This document shows positions 32,803 to 44,292 of a DNA stretch of 64,000 nt, piece by piece. The notes beneath the pieces were generated by a model. The model did not search any database. It was not told the origin of the DNA and saw only the letters and a program-made list of their open reading frames with translations. Origin of the DNA: Cyanidioschyzon merolae (taxonomy: Eukaryota). The number at the start of each line of letters is the position of its first letter. Within the stretch, counting starts at the first letter, position 1. The stretch is from the NCBI GenBank assembly GCA_000091205.1, contig AP006489.2; one strand, written 5' to 3'. A program made the translations under genes and the position numbers.

Positions 32803-35157
32803 ATGAAGGCGCTGCACGTGGCGGAGAAGCCTTCAGTTGCACGTCAAGCCGCAGCTGTGCTTGGACATGGTCGCGCGGAGCGAAAATGCAGCTGTTCTCC
32901 ATATCACCCCAACTGGTTCTGGTCTGGTGTGTTCGAGTTCAGCGCCAAAGACGGGACGCGCTTCGTGGTCGACGAGCAGGTCTTTACATCTGTGAGCGGT
33001 CACGTCGAGGAGCTAGACTTCGTCACACCTTATCACAAGTGGAGTGCCTGCGAACCAGTGGACATATTTCGGCGGGACCTGGTGCAAACTCGCCGCTTTG
33101 TGCCGGAGAGGAACGCAAAGGTGGCGCAGAATCTGGGGCAACTGGCCCGTACGTGCCAGTACCTTGTGCTCTGGCTTGATGGCGACTCTGAAGGCGAGGC
33201 CATATCAGATGAGGTGCAGCGAATTTGTAAGCTGCCTCCTAGCATGGTGTTCCGTGCCCGTTTTTCGGCAGTAACGCCCAGGGACCTTTTCCGAGCCTGC
33301 GCTACGCTTGACCGGGTGAATGCGAAAGTTGTCGAGGCCGTATGGATTCGTCAGGAAATCGACTTGCGTGCTGGGGCCGCATTCACCAGGTGGCTAACGC
33401 GGCACATACAGCGCCATTACCCACAAGCGCTCATTTGCACATCTGCAATTGTCGCCTCGCGGCGTAAGGGTGCCTCTGGAACTTCCAACTTAGGGCGGAA
33501 CGAACGCCTGCAGGGGAGCGGTGTTTCTTCTGCTGACGCTGCTGTGGTGAGCTACGGACCCTGTCAGTTTCCGACACTCGGCCTTGTCGTGGATCGCTAC
33601 CGCGAGCGGCGCGAATTTCAAACGAAGCCCTTCTGGACGATTCGCATGCGTATTCAGACGACTGGCGATCGAGCCAGCGGGAATCAAGTCGAGCTTTGCT
33701 GGGACCGGGCACGCATCTTCGACCGCTTTATTGCATATGTCCTTTTTCAGAGGCTCCACGATGCGGTACGGTTGCCAGGCGCCTTACGCATGATCGCTTG
33801 TGAGAAGCAACCAGCTCACCGAAGTAGACCGTTGCCGTTATCGACGGTAGAGCTCCAGAAAGAAGCCTCCAGAAAACTCAAGCTATCTTCAGCGCAGACT
33901 ATGGAAATAGCCGAGCAACTCTATCAACAGGGCTATATATCTTACCCCCGAACGGAGACGGATCGATTCCCAACAGACGATCGTGGTATATCGAACCTCA
34001 AAGCACTCATTACCCTGCAATCTGAAGACCAGAGATGGTCATTGCTAGCAAAGCGGCTGCTCGAAACCGACGACGTATCACGTGGTGGGTTCAAAGCACC
34101 GCGCGCGGGCAGCCATGATGACCACGCGCATCCGCCTATTCATCCTACCAGCGCTGCACCGCCCGGCACCCTGAGCGGCGATGCCGCCCGACTCTATGAG
34201 TATATCGCTCGCAGATTCCTGGCTTCATGCTCTGCGGATGCCAGTGGCGAACGCACCATCTGGCGTTTCGCCGTCTTTTCGGGTGCATCGGAGGCGCGTA
34301 CTGAAGCACCACAGGAGACGTGCATGTTTCCCGCGAACACGGTCTTAGAGACATTCACGAGCAAGGGTCTTCGTATCACGAATCTGGGCTATTTGGAAGT
34401 TTTTTCTCCATATGAGAAGTGGTTGGAAAGCACTTTGCCAGGCGATTTGGAATGCGGTGCTGCGGCTCCAGAGCATTTTTGGCTGACGGAGCTGCGTCTT
34501 GAGGAATCGATAACAGAGCCCCCCGCGCTGCTCTCTGAGGCGGATCTCATCGCTGCTATGGATCGCCACGGCATCGGCACCGACGCGACGATTGCAGAGC
34601 ACATTAAGAAAATCCAGGAACGTCATTATGTGGTGAAACAAATCATAGCGGAGGAGCGGCGCCGCCAGTCTCATCGAGCCGGAACACAGGTGCACGATGC
34701 CGCCGCGAACAGCAGCGACGAGTGCGATGCCTCACAAGTGACGTCTCGGGCACACTCTGCGACGAGAACGCGGGAACGTTGTGGGCTCGTCTCAAGGAGC
34801 AGCGTACAGCGTTTCGTGCCTATGAAACTGGGCCAAGCTCTCGTCGAAGCATTTGAAAGCTGTCACGTGCATTTAGCGCGCCCCAACCTTCGTGCTGAGC
34901 AGGAAAGGCGCCAAAAACTTGTCGCCAAAGGAGAAGCCTCTGGGTCAGAGGCACTGGATGAACTCCTAACGTCTTTTGCGGAAGCGTTCCGACGCCTCGT
35001 GCTCGAACGCAGCAAGTTTGATGCGACGTTCTGCAAGTTCTTTCCGAAAGCAGAGCCTCCTTCGCTTTTGCGTGCTCCTGCCGCTCTAGAACTCACTCAG
35101 AGCAGCGTAAGACGTTCTTGTGTTGTGCCCACGGACGAATCGAATGCGAACGAATAA
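32803..35157 (+). CDS. TOP3: DNA topoisomerase III (type IA)
   Basis: The TOPRIM N-terminus reads 'MKALHVAEKPSVARQAAAVLGHG' and 'LVLWLDGDSEGEAISDEV'. The catalytic-tyrosine signature is 'GYISYPRTETDRFP'. 784 aa with a low-complexity C-terminal tail; ATG at 32803. Confidence 0.92.
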   Translation: MKALHVAEKPSVARQAAAVLGHGRAERKCSCSPYHPNWFWSGVFEFSAKDGTRFVVDEQVFTSVSGHVEELDFVTPYHKWSACEPVDIFRRDLVQTRRFVPERNAKVAQNLGQLARTCQYLVLWLDGDSEGEAISDEVQRICKLPPSMVFRARFSAVTPRDLFRACATLDRVNAKVVEAVWIRQEIDLRAGAAFTRWLTRHIQRHYPQALICTSAIVASRRKGASGTSNLGRNERLQGSGVSSADAAVVSYGPCQFPTLGLVVDRYRERREFQTKPFWTIRMRIQTTGDRASGNQVELCWDRARIFDRFIAYVLFQRLHDAVRLPGALRMIACEKQPAHRSRPLPLSTVELQKEASRKLKLSSAQTMEIAEQLYQQGYISYPRTETDRFPTDDRGISNLKALITLQSEDQRWSLLAKRLLETDDVSRGGFKAPRAGSHDDHAHPPIHPTSAAPPGTLSGDAARLYEYIARRFLASCSADASGERTIWRFAVFSGASEARTEAPQETCMFPANTVLETFTSKGLRITNLGYLEVFSPYEKWLESTLPGDLECGAAAPEHFWLTELRLEESITEPPALLSEADLIAAMDRHGIGTDATIAEHIKKIQERHYVVKQIIAEERRRQSHRAGTQVHDAAANSSDECDASQVTSRAHSATRTRERCGLVSRSSVQRFVPMKLGQALVEAFESCHVHLARPNLRAEQERRQKLVAKGEASGSEALDELLTSFAEAFRRLVLERSKFDATFCKFFPKAEPPSLLRAPAALELTQSSVRRSCVVPTDESNANE

Positions 35158-35908
35158 GACATATTTGAGCGCAACATGATGCACAGGCATCGCTGGATTC
35201 AACAGTACCGCGACTCTGGTTCCTGTGGGCATGTGTCGCTCAGGTTGGTGCCGCCCATGCGAACGATCTGCTGAGACACTTCAGCACTGATTCTCACTCT
35301 TGCATCCATCGCTCGCTGCAGCGTCGCCTTTTGCGAAGCTTCAAGTCGCCCAAGGCGACGCATTCTGAGCAATGCTTCCGAGTCGTTTTCGGCATCTGCG
35401 CTAATCATACTTGCGACGGTCTTTACGAAGGCTGTAAAGGTCATATACCGCAGCTAAAACATGATCTCTGGAGTTTCGGTCATGTACTCGAAGGGAACAA
35501 TTTAATGCCGGCCCCGCGAGGGATTCACTGCGACGTACGAGGATTCTATCGTGCTCTCAACTGAAAAAATCTTTCGAATGTGAGAAATCGCATCCTCCGT
35601 TCTCACAAAAGCACCAGCGATATTCATGTCGAGCCAGAGTATCACTGTTCCAGGCTTGATCGCAAGAGAGAGGCGTAGTTGGGTACCAGTCAGGTCAGTT
35701 CAACGCCAACCGATGCCGTCGTAGCCTTCCAACGTCACCTCCACTTCTCAAGAACTTCAGAGAAAACTCTCATTCATAACCGACTCAGAACGGGATGCCC
35801 GAAATGCGACGACGCAAGTGTCTCCGTCGACACACGCACTCGATGACAGCTGCCTTAAGTTTCGAGGACCGGCGTTCGCAGTCCCACCGCGATGCGCCCA
35901 GCGACTCC

Positions 35909-36373
35909 TTACTCCTGTATGGTAACCTCAACTTCCACACCGGGCTCGATAGAAACAGCAGTAATACTTTTCACTACGTCAGTGGGCGCTTCAAGGTCAA
36001 TAATACGTTTGTGAATGCGCATCTCGAAACGATCCCAGGTGTTGGTTCCCTCTCCACACGGTGACTTGCGCGTCGTGATGCGCAGACGACGTGTCGGCAG
36101 CGGCACTGGACCTTTTACTCGCATGAGCCGCCCCTTCTCAGACGACGCACCTGATGACGCTCCCAGCAGCGCGCCATCGACTCGCATCTGCGAGCGTTCC
36201 GCGCGAGAAACTGCTCCCTTGCTTTTCGCGCCCTGAACAAGATCAAAACAGACCTTTTCCAGCGCTCGCACGTTTCTCGAAGCTAAGGTGATCCGTATTT
36301 TATGAAAAGGCTCCGATGAAGTCTCATAGCCAGGCTTCTTTGCCGGTCCAAACCCCACTCCAGGAGTCGCCAT
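35909..36373 (-). CDS. RPS20: 40S ribosomal protein S20 (uS10) with a 31-aa in-frame insertion or unspliced in-frame intron
   Basis: '[30 protein letters not shown]...[69 protein letters not shown]' matches eukaryotic uS10 ('[74 protein letters not shown]...[14 protein letters not shown]'). The start is taken at the ATG at 36373; the track ORF extends to 36433. Confidence 0.85.
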   Translation of the reverse strand: MATPGVGFGPAKKPGYETSSEPFHKIRITLASRNVRALEKVCFDLVQGAKSKGAVSRAERSQMRVDGALLGASSGASSEKGRLMRVKGPVPLPTRRLRITTRKSPCGEGTNTWDRFEMRIHKRIIDLEAPTDVVKSITAVSIEPGVEVEVTIQE

Positions 36374-37148
36374 GGTTTCCGAAACAACGTTTGTGTCCGC
36401 GCAGCCTAGTCGCCAGCACAGGTTGCAATGCACATTTCTCTACGTACCTGCGGCAGGTGGCGCTCGGACGACGGCGGGACGAGGCGGCGAGAATAGAGAC
36501 AAAGATGTCATCGCGATCTGCGTGGACATGAGCCGGCCCGCTCGCACTGGAGCAGTGAACTCTGCGGCAGCACTGGTGATGCCCACGAGGACGACCTGCC
36601 GGTGAAACGAACGATGTGAATGGCAGTACGCTGAATGCCTGCCAAACACATGGACGGCTTCGTGCGTATGTAAGCGCATATGCTGAGCAAACGTCGCTTC
36701 CTGTCCGGATATCGTCTTTTCGGACCCGTTTGAACATCCGGCTGTTCGGTGGACACAGGTTGCGGCGCGCTGTACCGCCGCTCAGACAGCCACGAACATC
36801 GCATCGTGCGTCATTGCAACGCTCGGGAGCAGCGTATCATAGCCGGTGCAGCACATGAGAGGATTCCCGCTCGATAATACCGCGCTTCGATACAGGAGCG
36901 CCTGCATCCGAACGCCAATCGATTCGGGGACGCTGCATTCACCGGCTTTGCCAGCATAGCAAAATGCTGTAATTCGCGAACATCCCCTACAGCGCCCGCT
37001 CTTACAACGCTTTTAGAGATTGCCACGCTGACGACATCGCCGGACAATGACGAACCTCGTTCAACGCGCCTGCCAGCATGGGGCGGCGGCGAGCGCGCAC
37101 GCCCCAACACGTTTCGCTAAGGGGGGGGTGCCTTAGGCAGGTCTTCGA

Positions 37149-37177
37149 GCGGCGGCGGCGGCGGCGGCGGCGGCGGC
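37149..37177. repeat. (GGC)n microsatellite, about 10 units
   Basis: Read directly, in the divergent RPS20/GDT1 intergenic region. Confidence 0.9.
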
Positions 37178-37243
37178 ACACGTCTATATCCATGGTGCGG
37201 TGCATCGCGGATAGCTGAGCTTCAACTGCAGACTTTCGGTGCC

Positions 37244-38407
37244 ATGTTCGTGTACGCAGTACCGAGGAGCAAGCGGCGAGCTGCTGATGATATCAATTGC
37301 CTGGGGAGCACAAGCTCTAGGCTTTGGAGACTCAATGCTGGTGTCGAGGGAGTACCGGAATGGCGAGTTTCTCGCTTTGCGCAGCATACCCGCCCACGCA
37401 CGACGCTTCTTTGGTCGCATTCATGTGAACGACAAAGTCAGCGTTTGAAGCCCGTCACGAAACTTTCACTGGAGGGTGCTAAAGCGACGTGCAATTTGCA
37501 AATAAATGAGGCGAAAACGCGGCAAAAGAAGCAGCATTTGGGTGCTTTCGCGGGGAGGCTGAGCTCCAGCCTCGCCGTTATCATCCGTTTGTGGAAGGTA
37601 TTGCGACGGACTGTTGGCCTCGAGCGTTGTTGCGCGGCGCTTCGTCTTAGCGGGGTGTCTCTTTCCATGGCGTGCGCAGCGGCGCCGCAAGGTGCTCTGA
37701 TAGGATCAGTCGTAGCAGCTGCACGGACGGTACCAATTCTAGGGCCTGCGTTTGAGGCGTTTGCCCTCGTGTTTTTCAGTGAGTTTGGTGATAAATCCAT
37801 GTTTAGTACTGCGTTGCTATCGATGCGGTATGGAACACGTTCTATGCAAATGGTTGTCCTATTGGGCTCAATGGCGGCGCTGACGACAATGACGTTCATT
37901 TCCTGCTTTCTCGGCAGATTGATGTCGTTTCTGCCGGCGCGGATTACGCTCATACTCTCTGTACTGTTGCTAGCTATTTTTGGTGTTCGCTTCCTGCAAC
38001 AAGCAATTGTAGCATGGCGAAGAGATCGAATACGCAGTGCTACAGCAAAACCAGGCGAAGACGAGGGCGATGAGGAGGCAGCAGCTGCCCGGGATCTCGA
38101 GCGCTACAGGATTTCCGTCGATGATACAGCACCTGCTGTTTTCGCGAAAAGTTTTACGATCATCGCCTTATCTGAATGGTGCGACCGAAGCATGTTCGCT
38201 ACGATGGCGTTGGCGGCCAGCACGAACGCGTATGCAGTGATTATTGGAGCCAGCTTGGCGAATTTCGTCTGCACTGGCATGGCCGTAGCTGGTGGCTCAC
38301 TCTTTCACAAACTACCGGAACGCATCGTCAACTTGGCTGCAGGCGTCCTGTTCCTAGCGACAGCCGCGTATACGTGGCTCTTTGAGTTGCCAGAAGCGGA
38401 TTCGTAA
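37244..38407 (+). CDS. GDT1: GDT1/TMEM165 family (UPF0016) putative Ca2+/Mn2+:H+ antiporter
   Basis: Two E-x-G-D-(K/R)-(S/T) motifs in hydrophobic context, 'FFSEFGDKSMFSTALL' and 'LSEWCDRSMFATMALA', flank an acidic loop. This is the duplicated-motif topology of UPF0016. The conserved core starts near the ATG at 37667. The N-terminal 140 aa of the track ORF (ATG 37244) may be a presequence or may not be coding. Confidence 0.85.
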   Translation: MFVYAVPRSKRRAADDINCLGSTSSRLWRLNAGVEGVPEWRVSRFAQHTRPRTTLLWSHSCERQSQRLKPVTKLSLEGAKATCNLQINEAKTRQKKQHLGAFAGRLSSSLAVIIRLWKVLRRTVGLERCCAALRLSGVSLSMACAAAPQGALIGSVVAAARTVPILGPAFEAFALVFFSEFGDKSMFSTALLSMRYGTRSMQMVVLLGSMAALTTMTFISCFLGRLMSFLPARITLILSVLLLAIFGVRFLQQAIVAWRRDRIRSATAKPGEDEGDEEAAAARDLERYRISVDDTAPAVFAKSFTIIALSEWCDRSMFATMALAASTNAYAVIIGASLANFVCTGMAVAGGSLFHKLPERIVNLAAGVLFLATAAYTWLFELPEADS

Positions 38408-41400
38408 CGCGCAATCTAGACGGAGCATTGTCCTTGGCTGAGCGCTGCAGACGCGGATTTGCGCTGCCTTCGGACCACACTTCCTGGTGCACGCGGAATG
38501 TGCGTCGCAGATGCATCCGAACAGCGGTCGGTTCGACCTCGTTTTGGTACAGCTGACGCTGCACAAGCCATAGGCGACAGCCGCATGCAGCTGGAGCCTT
38601 ATTACTGTGTAGCATGCAATACGGGAACGAGCATGCTGGTGAAACATCGTCCTCTCAAGAAAAGCAACAACTCCCATGCAAGCGGAACTCCATAAAGCTA
38701 GGTATGGATAGACGCACATGGAAATGGACAGGAATCGCTTTTCGACTGTTGTGGCCGAGCTAACGCTATTATTCAGTCCAATGTGCGTGGCCTGCATACA
38801 AACTCGTTCAACCTGGAGTGACGCAACGAAGTAGGCTGTCATCCGAAACAGGATTTTGGATGTGGAAGCTGCGCGGATGAAAATACACGCCCCAGTGCGC
38901 CGAGAGCCCGTGGATGTACGGCGTCCTGAACGATGCCAGTTTTGCATATCACGGGCGCATTCTGGAATACAAGCGATTTCGTTCAGATGCTGTTGCGGTG
39001 TATTCGCAAATTATCTATCGGAGTTGTCGACCGCAGGATGACGACTTTAAGGCATTGCAATGTGTGCACCTTAGCCTAGCTCGAGCGCGGTTTTCGGTAT
39101 CACGTAGGGAACTGTACTTAGTAAAACCTTGAAACCCTTGTCGACAGAAAGTTTCCGTTCATTTTGTCGTAGTTGAACAGCTTGCACAGTAGCGGAGGCT
39201 CTCCACTGTGCCGCTCTACCAAGCACCGAAAGGGGCAGGTCGCGCGAAAAGGACACGAAGAGCGCCCGCCGCCCGCTATAGAGATAGCCCTGCCTGTTTC
39301 ATGCGAGCTTCATTTGTTAATACCCTACTATACTCGTACCATATTAAAATGAAAAACTGAACTGTTCGCTCCGCCCTTGCTTCAATTTTTCCGAACTTTT
39401 TTCCTTGTAAAGTCTCGATATCCAAAGTGCAGCATTTCGGATTTACGGATTCATGCTTCATTTTACGATTCTCTGTCGTTTTTACCAGGGTAGCTTCTTC
39501 GACTCTTTGATGCCGAAGTTCATGACGTCATCGTCACCAAGATGGTACGGAACGTCCTCGTATACGGGTTTCTAAGTTACCGACCTCATTATCCGGTTTA
39601 CAGACACAGGCCTCTACTCTTCATTTTCTTTACATGTAGCATGATGAAAAACACGCATACATCACGTTTTCGATCATTCTGTTGCATATGAACTCGTGGG
39701 CGCAGCTGTCTGTGCCGCTGAATTGATGAGGAAAAATCTCGACTCCATCCTTAGATACATTCTTCACATGCTCGTGCCGAAAGTTTATCGTCCTTGTCAG
39801 GCCATATCATCCATTCCGCTAGAAAGAAGAATACTCCTCTCTTTCAAGGCATCCGGGAAACCAGATTCTACAGCAGCAAGAAGTGTCGCATAGAATGTGC
39901 TCCCAGAGGCTCCCGCCTCCTCAGCTCGCATGGAAATTGGCCTCGGGCTCAGTATTTAGTCATCGCAGCGATCGTTTCCGGAGGAGTGTGTGCCACCGCT
40001 CTGCACGACGGGAGCATAGCCTTATGGAAATCACTCGATTTTTCCTCAAACCTTGATTTTCCTTTTGTACTTATTCTATCTTGTCCAACATTGCAGAACA
40101 CAGTTCTCGTTCTATCAGAGCAGCCTGCCCTTCTGCGCCCAGCTGACAGAGTACACGCCGAGGAAATCACCCAGAAGAATCACGTGATCTTGGAGTACTA
40201 CTCCGGGCCCCGAAACAGAGGTAGCATCGAGCGGAGCCGTCAGTACGCGTCAAGGGCATGAACCGAGCGAAGAAACATTCCTTCATGCGCCGCGTACCAG
40301 CGCTCAGAGAAGCAGGTATGGTAGACCTGTGCGGACACCTCACTGTACTCAAGTATCGCAGCTGCGAATGGCGCACCGAGGATACCTAAAAAAGAAGATG
40401 AAAATGTCGAGCGAAGCGTACATCGCAACTTGCGCCCGTGAATCTCATGCGTCTATAACGGCATAGAGGTGCGAAATCCGGAATTTAACGCTGCTAACAA
40501 TGCACCTCAATTATTGACAACGTAGAGGCATGGACAGGCGATGCCATCGTCTTCGAAACCAGAGATAAGCAAAAGGAGGGGAAAGCAGTCGCAAACCAGC
40601 GCACATAGGGTTCGTGTTGATGACAGTTTGAAGAGCCCCATACGTTAGTCTACACGCCCCTGCTGAATGATTCGTTCGAACCATTCTGACATTAGTGTGA
40701 ATTGTAGTACAAATGACTACAGCAAGGATCCTGGGGGCATAACAAGGCTGCTGGAACCAGGGAATCGACTTGCGCTGAACCGCAGTGAATGGAAACAATC
40801 AGAAAGCAGGAATCGGAAGTTAACGGTAATCGAAGCTCCAGTTCGATGGTCGATACGCGCACAGCTGCGCGGTGCGCCGTCGAGGCGCCTCAGGGCGTCG
40901 TTCGCGTCTCGCCACCAGCAGCGGCGGCGCATTGGACGACACACACGACGGCTGCGATGCTACCAGAGCGCAATCGACCAATTCGCGCTTCTAGCTCTTG
41001 CCTGTTTGGCTACGAGCCTGTTCACACCGAACTTTGTGTCTATATTGGTCGTCTTTTCTGAGCACGAGCCCGAGGAAAAAAAGGCATATTCTCATACTTT
41101 TAAGTAATGTTTGTTCAAACTTTTGGTGGAGCTGACTTTCTGCAGAGCGTAAAATCTGGGCGCTCCCGCCTGCAGACGTGCACTTCTCGCTGGCACTTAC
41201 GAATGCTGCGGCGGGGTCGTTTAACGTTTGCGATCCAGCTTCAAGAGCAGCAACCTGGGCGTGGGACAGATGCTGTTGAGTCAGAGGCAAAAGTGGCTTG
41301 GGGTGAAGTAGGCGCTGGCGAAGACGCAGACAACGGAGCTTCTCAGGCAACGGATGTCGACATGCCGATGCCATCGCGTCCGCGGCGCACGGGTGCGACC

Positions 41401-42167
41401 GTGGACGCGGACGGCAAAAGCAACGTTTGGGCTATTGAACCGCGCGTGTATACTGAGTCTAGCGGGGAGTCTGTGACAAAAAAGTATCTGGCCTTAGCGA
41501 TTGCCGGTTTTGTCGGCCTCGCAATAATTGTGCTTCGCTTTCTGCCACTTACAAACGCTGACCAGATGTAGTGAATGGGAATCTATCAGTCTGCTTATCG
41601 TTGATGGGCATGCAGAAGAAGGGCATCGCGCTCGGCTGTTGATGTTGGCTCACCTGGCAGCAGTTGTCGCTCGTCCAAGCCCGAAGAAAATGGAGGTAAA
41701 TGTCGCTGCAGCGTGACATCCACATGCAGTTTTCGTGCTGCTCGATTCTCTATCTATCGAGCAAGCGCTGTATGCTTAATTTTAAATGGACTTGCACCCG
41801 TGCTCACATGCATATCTTTGCGAATCTGGAGCTAGACGTGCAGGGCGTAAGTTCCTTTACTCGGATCCTGGGTCTGTCGGCACGATAACTGGCCCTGTTT
41901 ACGAATAAGGATCATGCTCTGTTTAATTGTTTGCCTGCATGCTGTCCTGCACACTGCACATAGAGAGCTAGCATCGAGGCTTAGCATCCCGGTGCAAACA
42001 GGAAGCTAGCTGAGGAACTGGTTCCACTTCAGCGTCCCGCATACGAACTTGCGATACTGGCCGCGAGCCGCCAACAAACAGCGCACCTTCCGTTCAGACA
42101 CCGGCATCTATTTGCCTGATCGGCCGCAATTCCGCCTGCAACCGAGGATCCTGTTCAACATGCGCTA

Positions 42168-43724
42168 CTAGCCACGATAGCCAGAGTTCAGCACCGCTAT
42201 GGATGAACGTGCTGCCCGGCCGCGGCGCGTCGCTGCGTTCCGTTCAGCCAGTGCGAGCTGGTCGCGTCGCCAGCGCTCAAGCACTCGACGTGGTGGAATA
42301 CTGGGATACGGCTGCGACGCTGCGGGTCCAGTGAAGCCCATTGCAGCTGCGTGGGCGAGCTCCTGATAAGCCAGCACCATCTGCTGGCGCTCTTGTCGAG
42401 CAATGCAGACAGGTAGCTGCGTGCGGTGATGATCATGCACACGCTGGCGATAGTATCGCCAGAGAGACCGGTGTGCAATAGTTCGTCCACTCGCACCTAG
42501 TTGAAGGCCAACAACTTCTTCATCTGGTGGGTGCGTAGATCTCGGTGCCTCGGCGACCGAGACCCACTTTTCCCATGGCGCTAGAGCGACAAACTCAGCC
42601 TCACCCGCAGCCTCATGTGGCGTGCCTGGAGAAAGCGCTTCGCTCGCATCCGCGGCAGACGACAGCAGCGCGTCTGCTCGTACTGGGGTAAAACTGTAGA
42701 ATTCCTGATACTCATCCCAAACCTCCTCCTGATCAAAATCGGGCAACCGGCAGTGCCCAGCATCTCGCATATGATTTCGACAGGCCTGTAAGCTGCTGAA
42801 TACCTCCGCACGACGCTCGAACAGCTGCTCCGCGGAGTCCGTAGTGTCTTGCGAGAGCGGTACGACCCTTCCCCCGAACACGCAACAGTAGCCAAGACCG
42901 ACCTTGACTCCCAGGTATCGTACGAGTCCGGCAAGATCATAGCAGTACTCTATATAGGGCACAAAGAATGAGTGCTCTTTGGCCATGTGGCGGAGATTTG
43001 CAAGGAGAGCGCCGCTGCGCTCCTGTTCTGAAACATTCTCGTCAACGGCAACCTTGTGGTTACAGAAAAGACATTCGTGGATATCAAGGGGACGCGCTTC
43101 TTGCATGCGCTCAGCGAGCCAAGCGTCCAGGTCTGCAGTTTCGAGACTCGTTTCCTTTGATGCACCGGAGATGAGCTGCTGGTGCTGCTCATCAGATTCT
43201 GGGATGCCAAGTTCTCGCAGCTTCTCTCGATGCCTCGCGGTGCGCTCGTGTTGTTGCAGAACTTGCTCACTGGAAAACTCTTTCAGACACCAGATGCATG
43301 CCACACGGCGGCTGCTGGGTTGACGCTCGCCGTTCACGGCTGACGACCTCGCAAATCGAGCGGCGGAGAACAGGGCGTCCTCAGGTATCGCAGACCCCAC
43401 CGATACTCTCACGCTGTAGCTGCTCCAGGGTTCCTGGCTGCTTGGAGTGCTCTCGTCCTCGAGCACGCCGAGATCCATCTGAATAGTTTCGTCGCCGCTT
43501 TCCCAGTTCCTGCAGTGTTCCGTGAAATCAGCCTCCGATAGAGGTGGTAGTTGAGCGGTGCGACGCTTCAGGTTGACGCGGTGCCAGTCAGAGCGGTAGT
43601 GCTGCCGTCTCTTTTCGAGCAGTGCCTCGGGCGAATGCGCTTTACTGGGAGCAGAGTGGCCGTTGTTGGCGTCTGAAGCAGCGACCGCGTCCGCCGGAGA
43701 CCACTGGCAGGCTACGCAGTACAC
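42168..43724 (-). CDS. REI1: REI1/ZNF622-type C2H2 zinc-finger pre-60S ribosome biogenesis factor
   Basis: 'YCVACQWS...HYRSDWHRVNLKRRTAQLPPLSEADF' matches the REI1/ZNF622 N-terminal finger ('C..C...F......H.KSDWHRYNLKRR.A.LPP'). Further C2H2 fingers read 'CIWCLKEFSSEQVLQQHERTARH' and 'HECLFCNHK'. The ORF begins with a GTG, so the initiator Met is probably on a short upstream exon. Confidence 0.8.
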   Translation of the reverse strand: MYCVACQWSPADAVAASDANNGHSAPSKAHSPEALLEKRRQHYRSDWHRVNLKRRTAQLPPLSEADFTEHCRNWESGDETIQMDLGVLEDESTPSSQEPWSSYSVRVSVGSAIPEDALFSAARFARSSAVNGERQPSSRRVACIWCLKEFSSEQVLQQHERTARHREKLRELGIPESDEQHQQLISGASKETSLETADLDAWLAERMQEARPLDIHECLFCNHKVAVDENVSEQERSGALLANLRHMAKEHSFFVPYIEYCYDLAGLVRYLGVKVGLGYCCVFGGRVVPLSQDTTDSAEQLFERRAEVFSSLQACRNHMRDAGHCRLPDFDQEEVWDEYQEFYSFTPVRADALLSSAADASEALSPGTPHEAAGEAEFVALAPWEKWVSVAEAPRSTHPPDEEVVGLQLGASGRTIAHRSLWRYYRQRVHDHHRTQLPVCIARQERQQMVLAYQELAHAAAMGFTGPAASQPYPSIPPRRVLERWRRDQLALAERNAATRRGRAARSSIAVLNSGYRG

Positions 43725-44292
43725 GTGCTATGCTGCTGGTGTCGCAACGTGCACCAGCGACGTCGCAATCGAACCATTGTCAAGTTGCATCTGCTCGGAC
43801 ACGTCAAAAGTCGCCTCGTTCGTCGAGCGGCCTAGAAAGAGCCGCAGCTTCGCGTGTCAGCGAGGCGCTTCTAAGCTTGATTCGGTACAGTGGCAGCCGC
43901 CAAAGCACCCAACGGAGTCTTTTTCACAGTCGCCCGATAGTTTGCACTCAAGTAACAATTTCAGGTAAATCGAAACGACTCTTGTTCAAAAAGTCAAGTG
44001 GCTCGCGCTCATTCGACAGCAGTTACCTGTTGCAGCCCCGTGAAAACGTATCGCCCCGTTGCAACAGCAAGACAGAACGGAGAATCCTAACATTTCTATT
44101 CATCACAACCACTCTCATAGTCGTCTCGGAGGTGCCTCTTACGCTAGAGATCGCTCAGGTTTACTTCTGCACTCGTCGAGGGCTTGTCGAGTCACCTTGG
44201 CGGGTGACTATACGCTCCTTGCTAGCATTTTGTGGCGTGTAGAGCGCTCGGTAGTCCAGAACGTTGCAGCGACTGCACAAGAACAAGCACTG

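Noticed and set aside
38354-38947. 197-aa minus-strand ORF overlapping the 3' end of the GDT1 gene
   Set aside because: Cys/Arg-rich composition typical of antisense or random translation. It overlaps a well-supported gene.
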